Assembly (NCBI GenBank): GCA_937918905.1
Contig: CAKZSH010000028.1
Coordinates: 59,139 to 123,138 of the forward strand
From: an uncultured Saprospiraceae bacterium
Lineage (GTDB): Bacteria; Bacteroidota; Bacteroidia; Chitinophagales; Saprospiraceae
Direction: 5' to 3'
Length of the DNA stretch: 64,000 bases
The notes under the pieces: generated by a model
What the model saw: only the letters and a program-made list of their open reading frames with translations
What the model was told of the DNA's origin: nothing
The model's database searches: none
Shown: positions 7,957 through 18,035 of the stretch, in pieces
Numbering within the stretch: the stretch's first letter is position 1
How the letters are laid out: each line of letters begins with the position of its first letter
Translations under genes and position numbers: made by a program

Positions 7957-10900
7957 ATGATTAAAAAAATACTATCCTCAGTTTTTGTAATTTTATTGTT
8001 ATGTGGCACACTAAATGCCCAACAAGACAATATTTTCCCAGAGAATAGAGCTGATTTTCTCAAACAATTCAAGGAGTTTTTTAATAAAAGTAAAAGCAAG
8101 GATATGGAGTCTTTTTTCAAAGACTTTGAATCTTATTTTCATAATAGTATTTCAGAGGAAGAGTTTCCATTACTTAGAGATGCATGTAATGAGATGCTAG
8201 GAAAAAAAATGTCTGCAAATCCATATTTCAAAAAATACCTTTCTGTTGTTTTAGCAATAAAAAAGAATGATGGAGTAAGTGCGAAACTTAATGAATGGAA
8301 CGAGGTTACGGTTGCAATGGTCAAGGCAATAAAAAATAGAAAACTAAAGCCTTTCAAAAATTACCTCGATTTTTCAGAATCATTTTTTGGACAAAATGCT
8401 TTACGATATTCAAAGCAAGGGATTAAATGGTACTACGAATCTGATAAATATAATTTAAAACTAGAAGATGGAGTTCCTTTAGTAGATTTTGAAAAAATGA
8501 ACTTGATAGGAACAAGAGGGAAAGATTCGATTGTGATACAAGAGACTGTCGGACAATATTATCCCACACAATTAAAATGGAAAGGTACTGGAGGAAAAGT
8601 AACATGGGAAAAGCTAGATCAACCTGACGTGTATTGTTTGTTGAATGATTATGAAATAGAGACTAAAAAAAGTTTATACAAAGCGAAAAATGTTCGATTA
8701 GTTTATCCTGAATTATTTCCAGGAGAGGAAATTGATGGTGATTTTGAAGATAAAGTTGTGGTTAGAAATAAATCAAGAGAGGGTTCTTATCCAAGATTTC
8801 TTTCCTATGAAAAAATTTTAAAAGTAAATAATATTGGAGAAGGCATCGAATACCAAGGAGGTTTTCGATTGGAAGGAAATACGGTATATGGTTATGGTAG
8901 TAAGGATACCCCTTCGGAAATTATCGTAAAAAGTGGGGGCAAAACTTCTTTCCGAGCCACCTCACAATTGTTTAAAATACGGAAGAGTGAACGTATCACA
9001 GGAGAACAAGTAAAAGTAGTGTTATATTTTGATCAGGATTCCATTTACCATCCATCGGTTAATCTCAAATATGATATAATAACTAAAGATTTGAATTTAG
9101 CAAGGGGAAAAAGAGGAAGTGATAGAAATCCATATTTTAACTCCTACCATCAAGTAAACATTAACGCTGATAAAATTGATTGGAACTTAGAAAGTGATAG
9201 TCTTTTGATTGGGAAAAAACAATTTGGATTAGGAAATGGGAAGAATGAAGTTACTTTTGAAAGTTTAAAATATTATGACGAAAAATATATCCTTAGGGTT
9301 CAAAATATTTCGGATGTCAATCCTATTGTAACTTTAAAAGTTTTGTCAGAGGAACTAGAACGAAGAGATATTGAAGCTCCTGAATTTGCACAAAAATTAA
9401 ACCCTCGTTTTGATACTAAAAATATTGAAAGTTTATTGTACGAGTTAGTTTCCAATGGTTTTGTGGATTATGATCAAGATGAGGAAATCGTCTATGTCAA
9501 AGATAAAATTTTTCATTATGCAGATGCAATGGCAAAGAAAACAGATTACGATGCCATCAAATTAGTCTCGACTGCTGAGAAAGATGCCAATGCTGTTTTT
9601 TCTATAAAAGATAAGTCACTTCAAGCCAATTCAGTTACCCAATTGGAGATTAACAAAAAACAAAAAGTGGCGATCAAACCAGCCAACAAATCCATCACTA
9701 TGCAAAAAAATAGAGATATGGATTTTGGAGGAAAAATCTTTGCAGGATTTAGTGTCTTGGAAGGAAAAGATTTCCACTTTGATTATGAGAAATATTTGAT
9801 GACTTTGGATTCTGTTCGGTATTTTGATTTATTTGTGCCAACTGAAGCCAAGGATGAAAATGGAGATCCCGTTTCTATTTCTATTGCTTCAAGAATTGAA
9901 CATACGAATGGAGTACTTTTAGTTGACTCTCCAAATAATAAAGCGGGTGCAGAGGATATTGATATTTTTCCTTCTTTTAATACCAAAGATTACTCCTACG
10001 TATATTACGATAATCGAAATATACATGATGGTGTTTACAAAAGGGATTCCTTTTATTTCAAATTAGATAAGTTTAGTTTTAACAGCCTTGATAATTTTAC
10101 CAAAGACGATATCCGATTTAAAGGAAATCTAGTCTCTGCTGATGTCTTTCCTGATTTTAAAGAAACATTACTCTTACAAGAAGAGGATCAATCTTTAGGT
10201 TTTACAACTCAAACTCCTTCGGCAGGTTTTCCTACCTACCAAGCCAAAGGAAATTACAAAGGAGAGATTCATATGAGCAACAAAGGGATGTTGGGAAAAG
10301 GAACCATTAATTATTTGACCTCTTCAACGGACTCTGAAGATATTTTATTTAAACCCAAACAAATGACTGCAACAGCAAGGTTGTTTGATTTGAGAGAAGA
10401 TCGACAAGGAGCTGTTGAAGTTCCACAGGCGCATGGTGAGGATATTCGGATTGACTGGAAACCCTACCAAGATAGTATGTATATTTTTACAAAGGAAAAT
10501 GCTTTTGAGTTGTTTAAAGAAAATGATCATAACATCACAGGAGGTTTGATTTTGACGCCAAATGGTTTGCGTGGAAATGGAAATATGAAATGGACAAAAG
10601 GTAGCCTAAAGTCAACATTAATAAAGTTTGGAGCATTCTCTGCCAATGCTGATACTTCCCGACTTCAAATTAATGCAGTAGGAACAAGTGCATTAGCATT
10701 GGATACTGATAATGTAAATAGTAAGTTGGATTTTGATAAACAAATGGGATATGTAGAAGCTAATGAAAAAGGACATTTTACTGAATTACCATTTAATCAA
10801 TATAAAACTTCGTTGACTACGTTTGATTGGGATATGAAGAATGATGCAATTACTTTTAAAACTGATCCAGGGCAAGTAGGAGCATTTGTTGCGACTGGAG

Positions 10901-12477
10901 ATAATCGAGATTCTTTACATTTTGAAGGAGAAAATGCTTTTTATGATTTGAAATCCAATGAGTTGAAAATAAGTGGAGTGAAGTCGATCAATACCTGTGA
11001 TGCGATAGTTTACACAGATGATGGAAAAGTGGAAATTTTCCAAGCAGGTAAAATGTCTACCTTAGAAAACTGTAAAATAGTGTGTGATACGATTTCAAAA
11101 AATCATGTTATTAATCGTGCTACTGTTGATATTGTTGGTAAAAAAGAATATACCGCAAAAGGTTTTTATGAATACAATGTCAAAGGTCGAAAACAAGAAA
11201 TTCCATTTGAAAATATTGTAGGAGGACGTTATGGTAAAGGAAAACGGAGTGAGAAAAAAACACGAACAACTGCCAAAGGAGAAGTGGATGAAACGAATAA
11301 TTTTTACATTGATTTAAAAACTGAGTTTCGTGGAGAGATCACCTTAACAGGAGATAAAAAACCATTAAATTTTAAAGGATTTGCTCGATTAGATACTGAA
11401 AAGTTACCACAGAGAGAATGGTTTTCTATTGATAGTGAAGGAGATAAAAATGATTTGATAATTGGATACAATACTCCAAAAAATTATGATGGTTATAAAT
11501 TGTACACAGGATTATATTTGAGTAAAGAATCTGCTCAACTTTACCCCCGTATTTTCCAACCGAAATATTTTAGAAAAGACCGTCCAATACTGGAAGTGAC
11601 AGGATTATTTAAATTAGATGAACCTAAAGATGAATTTATTTTTGGAGATACTTTAAAAATAAAATCCGATGTCAAGCAGGGGAACAAAATTACTTTTAGC
11701 AATAAGACTGGAGGCTTTAGAGCCGAAGGAAAACTGAATATTGGAGATCAGTTAAAATATATGTCAGTAGAGGCTGCAGGGAATGCTAGAACCGTGTATC
11801 CTGTTCCTCAAGATTCTGTTGCCCTTGGGCCATTTGGTTATGACGTGGAGGCTGATATGATGGCTGGGATAAAATCATTTATTCCCAAAAATATGTTGGA
11901 TTTTATGATTCAAGATATTAAAAGCAGTAGTTTTGATACGAGAGGAGTCGATTTTACGGATAATGATTTTTATGAAAAAGCGCTCTCAGAATTTATAAAA
12001 GATTCCAAACTACTTCATAATACCTTAACAAGAATGAAGACGGAATACCGTCTCAATCTTCCCAAAAAAGTGAATCCTTATACTTTTTTGTTTGGGAAAA
12101 TGGCTATGAAATGGGATCCTGATTATCAATCATTTGTCAATACAAATGACCAAGTAGGAGTTATCAGTATCAATGGTGAAGAGACAAATGTGACGCTTAA
12201 ATGTTATATCGAATTTAAGATGCCTTCCAATGGCGATGATCGATTGTACATGTATATCAAATCTCCAAGTGATACTTATTATTTCTTTGGTTACAAACAA
12301 GGTATCATGAATATTGTATCTAATAATACTAAGTTTAACGATTTGGTGATTAACATGAAAAAGAAGGAAAGAGTCTTAAAAATGGAGGATGGCGAAACTG
12401 TTGAATTTCAATATGTCGAACCTTCCACAGCAGAACGATTCGTGAGAAGAGCACAGACTGCGATACGGAAGAAGTAA
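7957..12477 (+). CDS. Very large secreted protein of unknown function (1506 aa)
   Basis: Uninterrupted ORF with a signal peptide (MIKKILSSVFVILLLCGTLNAQ). No family recognised. Confidence 0.8.
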   Translation: MIKKILSSVFVILLLCGTLNAQQDNIFPENRADFLKQFKEFFNKSKSKDMESFFKDFESYFHNSISEEEFPLLRDACNEMLGKKMSANPYFKKYLSVVLAIKKNDGVSAKLNEWNEVTVAMVKAIKNRKLKPFKNYLDFSESFFGQNALRYSKQGIKWYYESDKYNLKLEDGVPLVDFEKMNLIGTRGKDSIVIQETVGQYYPTQLKWKGTGGKVTWEKLDQPDVYCLLNDYEIETKKSLYKAKNVRLVYPELFPGEEIDGDFEDKVVVRNKSREGSYPRFLSYEKILKVNNIGEGIEYQGGFRLEGNTVYGYGSKDTPSEIIVKSGGKTSFRATSQLFKIRKSERITGEQVKVVLYFDQDSIYHPSVNLKYDIITKDLNLARGKRGSDRNPYFNSYHQVNINADKIDWNLESDSLLIGKKQFGLGNGKNEVTFESLKYYDEKYILRVQNISDVNPIVTLKVLSEELERRDIEAPEFAQKLNPRFDTKNIESLLYELVSNGFVDYDQDEEIVYVKDKIFHYADAMAKKTDYDAIKLVSTAEKDANAVFSIKDKSLQANSVTQLEINKKQKVAIKPANKSITMQKNRDMDFGGKIFAGFSVLEGKDFHFDYEKYLMTLDSVRYFDLFVPTEAKDENGDPVSISIASRIEHTNGVLLVDSPNNKAGAEDIDIFPSFNTKDYSYVYYDNRNIHDGVYKRDSFYFKLDKFSFNSLDNFTKDDIRFKGNLVSADVFPDFKETLLLQEEDQSLGFTTQTPSAGFPTYQAKGNYKGEIHMSNKGMLGKGTINYLTSSTDSEDILFKPKQMTATARLFDLREDRQGAVEVPQAHGEDIRIDWKPYQDSMYIFTKENAFELFKENDHNITGGLILTPNGLRGNGNMKWTKGSLKSTLIKFGAFSANADTSRLQINAVGTSALALDTDNVNSKLDFDKQMGYVEANEKGHFTELPFNQYKTSLTTFDWDMKNDAITFKTDPGQVGAFVATGDNRDSLHFEGENAFYDLKSNELKISGVKSINTCDAIVYTDDGKVEIFQAGKMSTLENCKIVCDTISKNHVINRATVDIVGKKEYTAKGFYEYNVKGRKQEIPFENIVGGRYGKGKRSEKKTRTTAKGEVDETNNFYIDLKTEFRGEITLTGDKKPLNFKGFARLDTEKLPQREWFSIDSEGDKNDLIIGYNTPKNYDGYKLYTGLYLSKESAQLYPRIFQPKYFRKDRPILEVTGLFKLDEPKDEFIFGDTLKIKSDVKQGNKITFSNKTGGFRAEGKLNIGDQLKYMSVEAAGNARTVYPVPQDSVALGPFGYDVEADMMAGIKSFIPKNMLDFMIQDIKSSSFDTRGVDFTDNDFYEKALSEFIKDSKLLHNTLTRMKTEYRLNLPKKVNPYTFLFGKMAMKWDPDYQSFVNTNDQVGVISINGEETNVTLKCYIEFKMPSNGDDRLYMYIKSPSDTYYFFGYKQGIMNIVSNNTKFNDLVINMKKKERVLKMEDGETVEFQYVEPSTAERFVRRAQTAIRKK

Positions 12478-12550
12478 AATCAACTGTTGATAAATGATTT
12501 TATGTAGATTAGTAAATTTGTTAAATAATCTAAGTAGCGAATAACAAGGA

Positions 12551-12636
12551 AGTCACAAGTTGAATCTTTAAATGAGTATAGAGTAGGAGAATCTTGAAGA
12601 TTAAAAGAATTTAAATAACAAATTCAACTTGTGACT
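12551..12636. repeat. Hairpin with a 15-bp perfect stem and a 56-nt loop
   Basis: agtcacaagttgaat pairs with attcaacttgtgact. Confidence 0.7.
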
Positions 12637-12669
12637 AGATTTTTCAAATGGATTGCAACTTGAATTAAA

Positions 12670-12772
12670 CGCTTCGCTTCCCTTCCCTATTGATTAATCA
12701 GGTTATATTGTGATCGAAAACATTTGCCTTCTATTCGTTTTCACGTTAACCTAATTAACCAATAGCGAAGCG
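12670..12772. repeat. Imperfect hairpin whose arm sequence recurs at 59497-59525
   Basis: cgcttcgct...ctattgattaatcaggtta pairs with taacctaattaaccaatagcgaagcg. Confidence 0.75.
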
Positions 12773-12827
12773 AACCAATTAACTATTCAACTTTTCAAAC
12801 AATTCCAAACCAATTAACGAACATACT

Positions 12828-13781
12828 ATGACAACCTTCCCCAGCCCACCTTTGCTACAATTTAATGGTCATCTTCAAACAATTATTCCAGGCGTTTTTC
12901 GAAAAGTACAAGGAGTACTTTATGAAAGAGAAAGGTTAGAATTGGAGGATGGCGACTTCCTCGATTTAGATTGGATTTTTAATCAAAGTAAAAATTTGGT
13001 AATTCTTTCACATGGTTTGGAAGGTAGTTCTGATCGTCAATATATTTTAGGTGCTGCGAAATTGTTTAGCCAAAATAATTGGGATGTTCTGGCTTGGAAT
13101 TGTAGATCTTGTAGCGGAGAAATGAACCGAACTGCAAGGTTATATCATCATGGTGATGTGGAAGATATTGGAACTGTAATCTCTCAAGCTGTTCAAAGAA
13201 ATGAATATGAAAATGTATTGTTGATAGGGTACAGTATGGGAGGTGCGATGAGTCTTAATTATTTAGGAAAAAATGGAAAAAAAATCCCTGACCAGATAAA
13301 AGGTGCGATTGCTTTTTCAACGCCATGCGACTTAAAAGAAGGGGCTGAAGTTTTAAATAAATCATCTAATGTCATTTATCGAAAACGATTTTTAAATAAT
13401 TTAAAAAGGAAGATTTTTATCAAAGAAAAAGAATTTCCAGGAAGAGTAGATTTAAAAAAATTAAATGAGATAAAAATTTGGAGAGACTTTGACGAACATT
13501 TTTCAGCACCACTTAATAACTATAAGAATGCGGAAGAGTTTTACTATAATTCTTCTGCTAAAAATTTTATGGAAAATATTCAAATACCTACGCTCTTAGT
13601 GAATGCTTTAAATGATCCTATCTTAACCCCTGCATGTTCCCCCTTCGATATTGCCAAAATCAATTCAAATATCATCATCGAAAATCCAAAACAAGGAGGG
13701 CATTGTGGATTTATGGAAAAGGGAGAAGAGTTTGCATGGTCAGAATATCGAGCACTAGAATTTGCAAAAACCGTTCTCTAA
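12828..13781 (+). CDS. Alpha/beta-fold hydrolase (YheT/ABHD1-3-like)
   Basis: HGLEGSS oxyanion region and GYSMGG nucleophile elbow. Length and C-terminal GGHCGF match this family. Confidence 0.8.
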   Translation: MTTFPSPPLLQFNGHLQTIIPGVFRKVQGVLYERERLELEDGDFLDLDWIFNQSKNLVILSHGLEGSSDRQYILGAAKLFSQNNWDVLAWNCRSCSGEMNRTARLYHHGDVEDIGTVISQAVQRNEYENVLLIGYSMGGAMSLNYLGKNGKKIPDQIKGAIAFSTPCDLKEGAEVLNKSSNVIYRKRFLNNLKRKIFIKEKEFPGRVDLKKLNEIKIWRDFDEHFSAPLNNYKNAEEFYYNSSAKNFMENIQIPTLLVNALNDPILTPACSPFDIAKINSNIIIENPKQGGHCGFMEKGEEFAWSEYRALEFAKTVL

Positions 13782-13801
13782 ATCACTAGCTTTCACGTAA
13801 A

Positions 13802-13818
13802 ACGACTTTCCAAGTCGT
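13802..13818. terminator. Small hairpin between convergent genes, a weak terminator candidate
   Basis: acgactt tcc aagtcgt, a 7-bp stem. The flanking A/T runs are weak. Confidence 0.3.
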
Positions 13819-13855
13819 CAAAATATTCGACAAAAAACAACCGTCACTCAAAACC

Positions 13856-14998
13856 TCAAAAACCAGCCACCACCAAAGCTGTAGCAATCAAAGGATCATC
13901 CTCTTTGTTAGCAGCACCCATTGGATTTGAAAAACTACCATCCGTATTTTGTTTATCCAACAATATATTTACAAGATCATTTTCCCACCCATCCACATGC
14001 CTCATCGCACGATATGCTTGCGCCCTAACGGATAAGTGGTAATAAAACATTACCTGATGCCATTGGTTAGGATCATCATGTGGAATCCCTTCTGGATAAT
14101 CCAAAATTGGATGATTCAATAGCCATTGAAATGCATCTTGAACCCTCTTATCAGAAGAGTCAACATTAGCAGCCAATAATGCCAAAAGTCCATCAGCAGT
14201 TGCAGTTGCGTAACTTCTATAATAAGGATTTTCTTGATTTTCAATATCTCCTTTATTGGTCGAAACAGTTGCTGTTGAAGCAAAAAAACCACCATCATAT
14301 TTGATTTTATCACTAGGAATGTTAGTAGGATGTAATCGAGTATCAGTTTGATTTTTTTGCAAAAGTGATAAAAAGTGTTGGCTTTGCGAGAATGAGCTAT
14401 CTTCTTGATTATCAAATAGTTGTAGCGTTTGTAGAATCCGACGAGTATGCGATAAATCTACATGGCCATGTTTTCCATCATCTAAAAATTTTTCCCCAAA
14501 ACCCCATGCACCGTAAGCAGGATGTTCCAAAATGAACCCACGTTGTTCTGTAAATTGTTGACCTTGCAAATAAGTTTTCATTTGATCCATTATCGCCTGA
14601 TCTTCAGGATAGTCAAAATGTTTGAAAATCCTCAAAGCGTAAGCCGTAGCATAATTTGGGTAGTCTAAAATGATGGGATTAAAATGTCCTAAAACGCCAT
14701 CTGTGCAACGAGAACGAATGAAATCCAATCCTTTTTTTATCTGTTCAGATGAAGGTTGGTAAATGTCATTTGGCACTTGAAGGAGTTGATAAAAAACAAA
14801 AGCCGAAACGGATTGACCGCTTTTTAAAATGCCATGAGTTTCGCTATGCCAGCCTCCGTCAATGTTTTGTTTTTCCCATAAAAAGCTAGCAGCATCATGG
14901 AGAACTTGTTCTTTTGAGTTGAGGGTAGGAGAGGTACAATTTGTGAAAAATAATATTTTGAAAATGAGAATGAATATTAAATAGAGTTTGATATTCAA
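13856..14998 (-). CDS. Secreted lipoprotein with prenyltransferase / squalene-cyclase-type alpha-alpha toroid repeats
   Basis: Repeats DGGWHSE, YGAWGFG, DGGFFAS and DGSFSNPMG match the prenyltransferase/SQHop cyclase repeat pattern. I prefer the TTG start at 14998, which gives MNIKLYLIFILIFKILFFTNC (lipobox), over the listed TTG at 15076. Confidence 0.65.
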   Translation of the reverse strand: MNIKLYLIFILIFKILFFTNCTSPTLNSKEQVLHDAASFLWEKQNIDGGWHSETHGILKSGQSVSAFVFYQLLQVPNDIYQPSSEQIKKGLDFIRSRCTDGVLGHFNPIILDYPNYATAYALRIFKHFDYPEDQAIMDQMKTYLQGQQFTEQRGFILEHPAYGAWGFGEKFLDDGKHGHVDLSHTRRILQTLQLFDNQEDSSFSQSQHFLSLLQKNQTDTRLHPTNIPSDKIKYDGGFFASTATVSTNKGDIENQENPYYRSYATATADGLLALLAANVDSSDKRVQDAFQWLLNHPILDYPEGIPHDDPNQWHQVMFYYHLSVRAQAYRAMRHVDGWENDLVNILLDKQNTDGSFSNPMGAANKEDDPLIATALVVAGF

Positions 14999-15110
14999 AA
15001 TAGATTGCGCATTTTTTTTGATAAAAAAATGATAGAAAAGTTCCACCGTAAATTTATTGTTAGAATTCAATTCCAAGTTTCTTTTGTAGTTTCAAAAAAT
15101 TAATCAAAAT

Positions 15111-15153
15111 AAAAAACACGTAATCTCGACTCATCGAAATTACGTGTTTTTTT
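15111..15153 (-). terminator. Intrinsic terminator (symmetric A/T runs) after the 15177-16496 gene
   Basis: aaaaaacacgtaat...attacgtgttttttt, a 13-14 bp stem flanked by A- and T-runs. Confidence 0.75.
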
Positions 15154-15176
15154 AATTTTCAATATTCAATTTCTTA

Positions 15177-16496
15177 TTAAAAATCAGTTTTTTGTTTTCC
15201 AGAATCACGATCAGCAGTCAATGTCATAACAACTGCTGCAGTACAAAAAACTGGACTTGTAATACAATGATGTCCAGACCAGCTACCATCTTCATTGATG
15301 ATGCTTCCTAGATTCTGTTTCATTTTGCTATGCCATTTATTCCAACTTTTAGAATCTTGGCTCATCACTAAAGCTTCACTTGTCATCATGTAACTGAGGT
15401 ATTCTTCACCTCCATTATTTCCAAAACCAGACAACACTTTATCACTTTTTAAATTCTCAGTAGCAGCCCGATTGACTTGATAAGTAAAGAGTATATCATT
15501 AGCCTCTTTTTCGCTATATCCGTTATTGGCAAGAGCTCGTTTAGTTGCTGAGTAGTCACTTGATTTGCTTTCTTTGATTTCAGCAGCATCCATTATCGCT
15601 TGAACTTTTTTGGCGTCGAGAGCAGTTGCACGTTGTGTACTTGAGTAGGCGTATAAATCAATTCCTGCAGCTTTTTCAGTAGCCGCCTTTCCAGATTTCG
15701 CATCTACATTTTTTTGCTGGTAAGCTCTTGATAAAGCTAAAACGTTTTTATCGATTTCGATGTCATTAGCTTCTGCCATTTCCAAAGCATTATTGGCCAT
15801 TGCTGAACTTAAAACTCTCGCCCAACCTCGGTCATTCCAACTACCATCTGCCAATTGAGTGTTTTCTAATTTTCTTAAACATTTTGCAATTGCTTTGTCA
15901 ATTTTGATTTGCAATTCATCATCACCGTCAGCCAATGGAGAGATGCGAATTAAAAATTGAGCAGCTAATGACACGTCAATATTTTGACCTAATTTTTGTT
16001 GAGGTTGTGTTCCTACCTGCTTGGTAATATTGGCATTATTTTCAGGAGCACCTTCGACTGTTTTCAGCATGTAGTTTAATGCTTTTCGAAGATTACCTTT
16101 ATACTGTCCATCCTGCAAGGTATTTCCTACTCGCATCAAAGCTAAACCAACAAAAGAAGTGGTAGCTGGATCAACATTGACTTGACGTGGGTCACGGATT
16201 TGTTGTGAAGCATGTTGTCCTGAACCGTATCCGCCATTTCGAGCCTGAGCTTTTGCTAACCAGTTCATACTTTTTTTCAAATAGGTAGGCAATGGTTTTA
16301 CGTGGTCATCTTTCATTGGATCAAAACTATCCGATTTACGAACGATAGATTTCACAGGTGTTCCATCATTTACATTGATAATTGGAGCATCGTCTTTGAA
16401 AGTATTACTTGGAGTATGATTGGAATTAAAATAAAAAAAGAGGGTACCTCCCAACACTATAAAAAGTGCTAATAAGGACATTTTAATAGTTTTCAT
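15177..16496 (-). CDS. Secreted protein with prenyltransferase / terpene-cyclase-like toroid repeats
   Basis: Signal/TM N-terminus. Repeats ARNGGYGSG, DGSWNDRGW, FGNNGGEEY and DGSWSGHHC. Confidence 0.6.
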   Translation of the reverse strand: MKTIKMSLLALFIVLGGTLFFYFNSNHTPSNTFKDDAPIINVNDGTPVKSIVRKSDSFDPMKDDHVKPLPTYLKKSMNWLAKAQARNGGYGSGQHASQQIRDPRQVNVDPATTSFVGLALMRVGNTLQDGQYKGNLRKALNYMLKTVEGAPENNANITKQVGTQPQQKLGQNIDVSLAAQFLIRISPLADGDDELQIKIDKAIAKCLRKLENTQLADGSWNDRGWARVLSSAMANNALEMAEANDIEIDKNVLALSRAYQQKNVDAKSGKAATEKAAGIDLYAYSSTQRATALDAKKVQAIMDAAEIKESKSSDYSATKRALANNGYSEKEANDILFTYQVNRAATENLKSDKVLSGFGNNGGEEYLSYMMTSEALVMSQDSKSWNKWHSKMKQNLGSIINEDGSWSGHHCITSPVFCTAAVVMTLTADRDSGKQKTDF

Positions 16497-16788
16497 AAAT
16501 AAGATTTTAATATGAATAGCTTAAAATTGCTGAGTCCTAGGCTACTCATTAGATGAATTAAAATGGATTTTAATTTTACGATTTTAAAAAAAATCGCTGT
16601 TGTCTGTACAGTTTTATATCATTTGAGATGATAAAAATACATAATTTGGTGTTGAAAATGTTGAATTTAACACTTCTATTTTTGATATGAATATTTATTG
16701 AAAAAGGTAAATGGGATAAAATTGGACTTACGTTATCTTTAGAACCTATTTTTTTGGAAAATGATTCATTCTTGAGTTTTAAATTTGC

Positions 16789-16881
16789 GAAGTCAGGGTT
16801 TGACATGGAATGGGAAGTTTTGATTTATAGGAACTTCGGTTGAAGTCAGGGCTGACTTTGGAGTCAGACCCTGACTCGTGT
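16789..16881. repeat. Copy B (one-sided, truncated) of the AAGTCAR-N3-YTGACTT element
   Basis: Units gaagtcagggtttgaca, gaagtcagggctgactt and ggagtcagaccctgactcgtgt. The right terminus ctgactcgtgt is present but the left terminus is missing. Confidence 0.75.
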
Positions 16882-17014
16882 TTTTAGAGATTGGAGAATA
16901 TTTATAGGATAATTCAAAAAAAAATCTCCAGATTCCAACTAATTAATATTTACTATTGTCATTAGTGCAATTCAGTTTTTACCCTAATTATTTAATGATA
17001 AAAATTTTAAGAAA

Positions 17015-17734
17015 ATGAAACTTACTCAAAACATTTTATTGGTTCTATTTATACTTTTATTCACCTCAAATTTAATGGCTCAAAACGGGGGATGGGGTGA
17101 AGATAAAAACATCGCTAAAGAAGAGCGTAACGTAGGTGATTTTACCTCAGTTTCCATAGGAGGAGGAATTGATCTTGAAATTACACAAGGTAATTCAAGT
17201 ACAATCGAAGTAGAGGTAACAGCGCACGCACTTGATTTATTAATTACAGAAGTAAAAGGAAATCAATTGCGAATTTATTTTGACAAAAAAGTACGCCGTG
17301 TAAAAACTTCTTTGGTTAAAATTACTGTTGACGATTTGAAATCCATACATGCAAGTGGCGGTTCAGATGTAGAATCTAAAGGAACTTTAAAATTTGATGA
17401 ATTGGAAATTCATGGAAGTGGCGGTTCAGATATGGAATTGGATTTGGAAGTAGAAAAATTATATGTCAATTGTAGTGGTGGCTCGGATGTGGAGATAGAA
17501 GGAAGTACTGATTTTTTAGATATTAATGCATCAGGCGGAAGTGATTTTGATGGATATGATTTTGAAGCTAAAGAAGTGATTATTTCAGCATCAGGTGGAT
17601 CGGATTCTAATGTGTATGCTTCGGAAAGTATTACCGTAAATGCTACTGGTTCAAGTGATGTTAATTACAAAGGAAACCCTTCCAAAACTAAATTAAGATC
17701 ATCAGGTTCATCGGATATTCATTCTTATAAATAA
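17015..17734 (+). CDS. DUF2807 / head-GIN-domain (putative adhesin-like beta-solenoid) protein
   Basis: Signal peptide, then periodic (A/G)SGGSD(V/F/M)E units typical of DUF2807. Confidence 0.7.
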   Translation: MKLTQNILLVLFILLFTSNLMAQNGGWGEDKNIAKEERNVGDFTSVSIGGGIDLEITQGNSSTIEVEVTAHALDLLITEVKGNQLRIYFDKKVRRVKTSLVKITVDDLKSIHASGGSDVESKGTLKFDELEIHGSGGSDMELDLEVEKLYVNCSGGSDVEIEGSTDFLDINASGGSDFDGYDFEAKEVIISASGGSDSNVYASESITVNATGSSDVNYKGNPSKTKLRSSGSSDIHSYK

Positions 17735-17878
17735 TCCAAGTTGCGGATAAATTGGCTTCGCCAATAATTTTTTCAACGTAGAGGTGCAGAGGTCTAAATT
17801 TTTTGAACTTGCTGCCGCAGGCATGGAAAAATTCTCAGCACCTTTGAGTCTCTGCGTTGAAAAATAAAAATTTAGAAA

Positions 17879-17905
17879 ATGAGCCCAAAGGGCTCATTTG
17901 TTTTT
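17879..17905 (+). terminator. Intrinsic terminator
   Basis: atgagccc aaa gggctcat followed by ttgttttt. An additional imperfect hairpin (ttttcaacgtagag / ctctgcgttgaaaa) lies at 17769-17863. Confidence 0.8.
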
Positions 17906-18035
17906 ATCCTCCTTCGTTTCAGAATTTCTAAATTCAGTTTTCATCTCTCCATCTTTCCTTTTTCTTTACTAACTTACAACCCTAAATAATTCATTGAATT
18001 AGATTCAAGCAATTGATTTAAACGAAACGAAAATC

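Noticed and set aside
16576-16806. ORF 16576-16806 (-)
   Set aside because: Its start overlaps a unit of the AAGTCA...TGACTT element, the sequence is low complexity and AT-rich, and it sits in a divergent promoter region.
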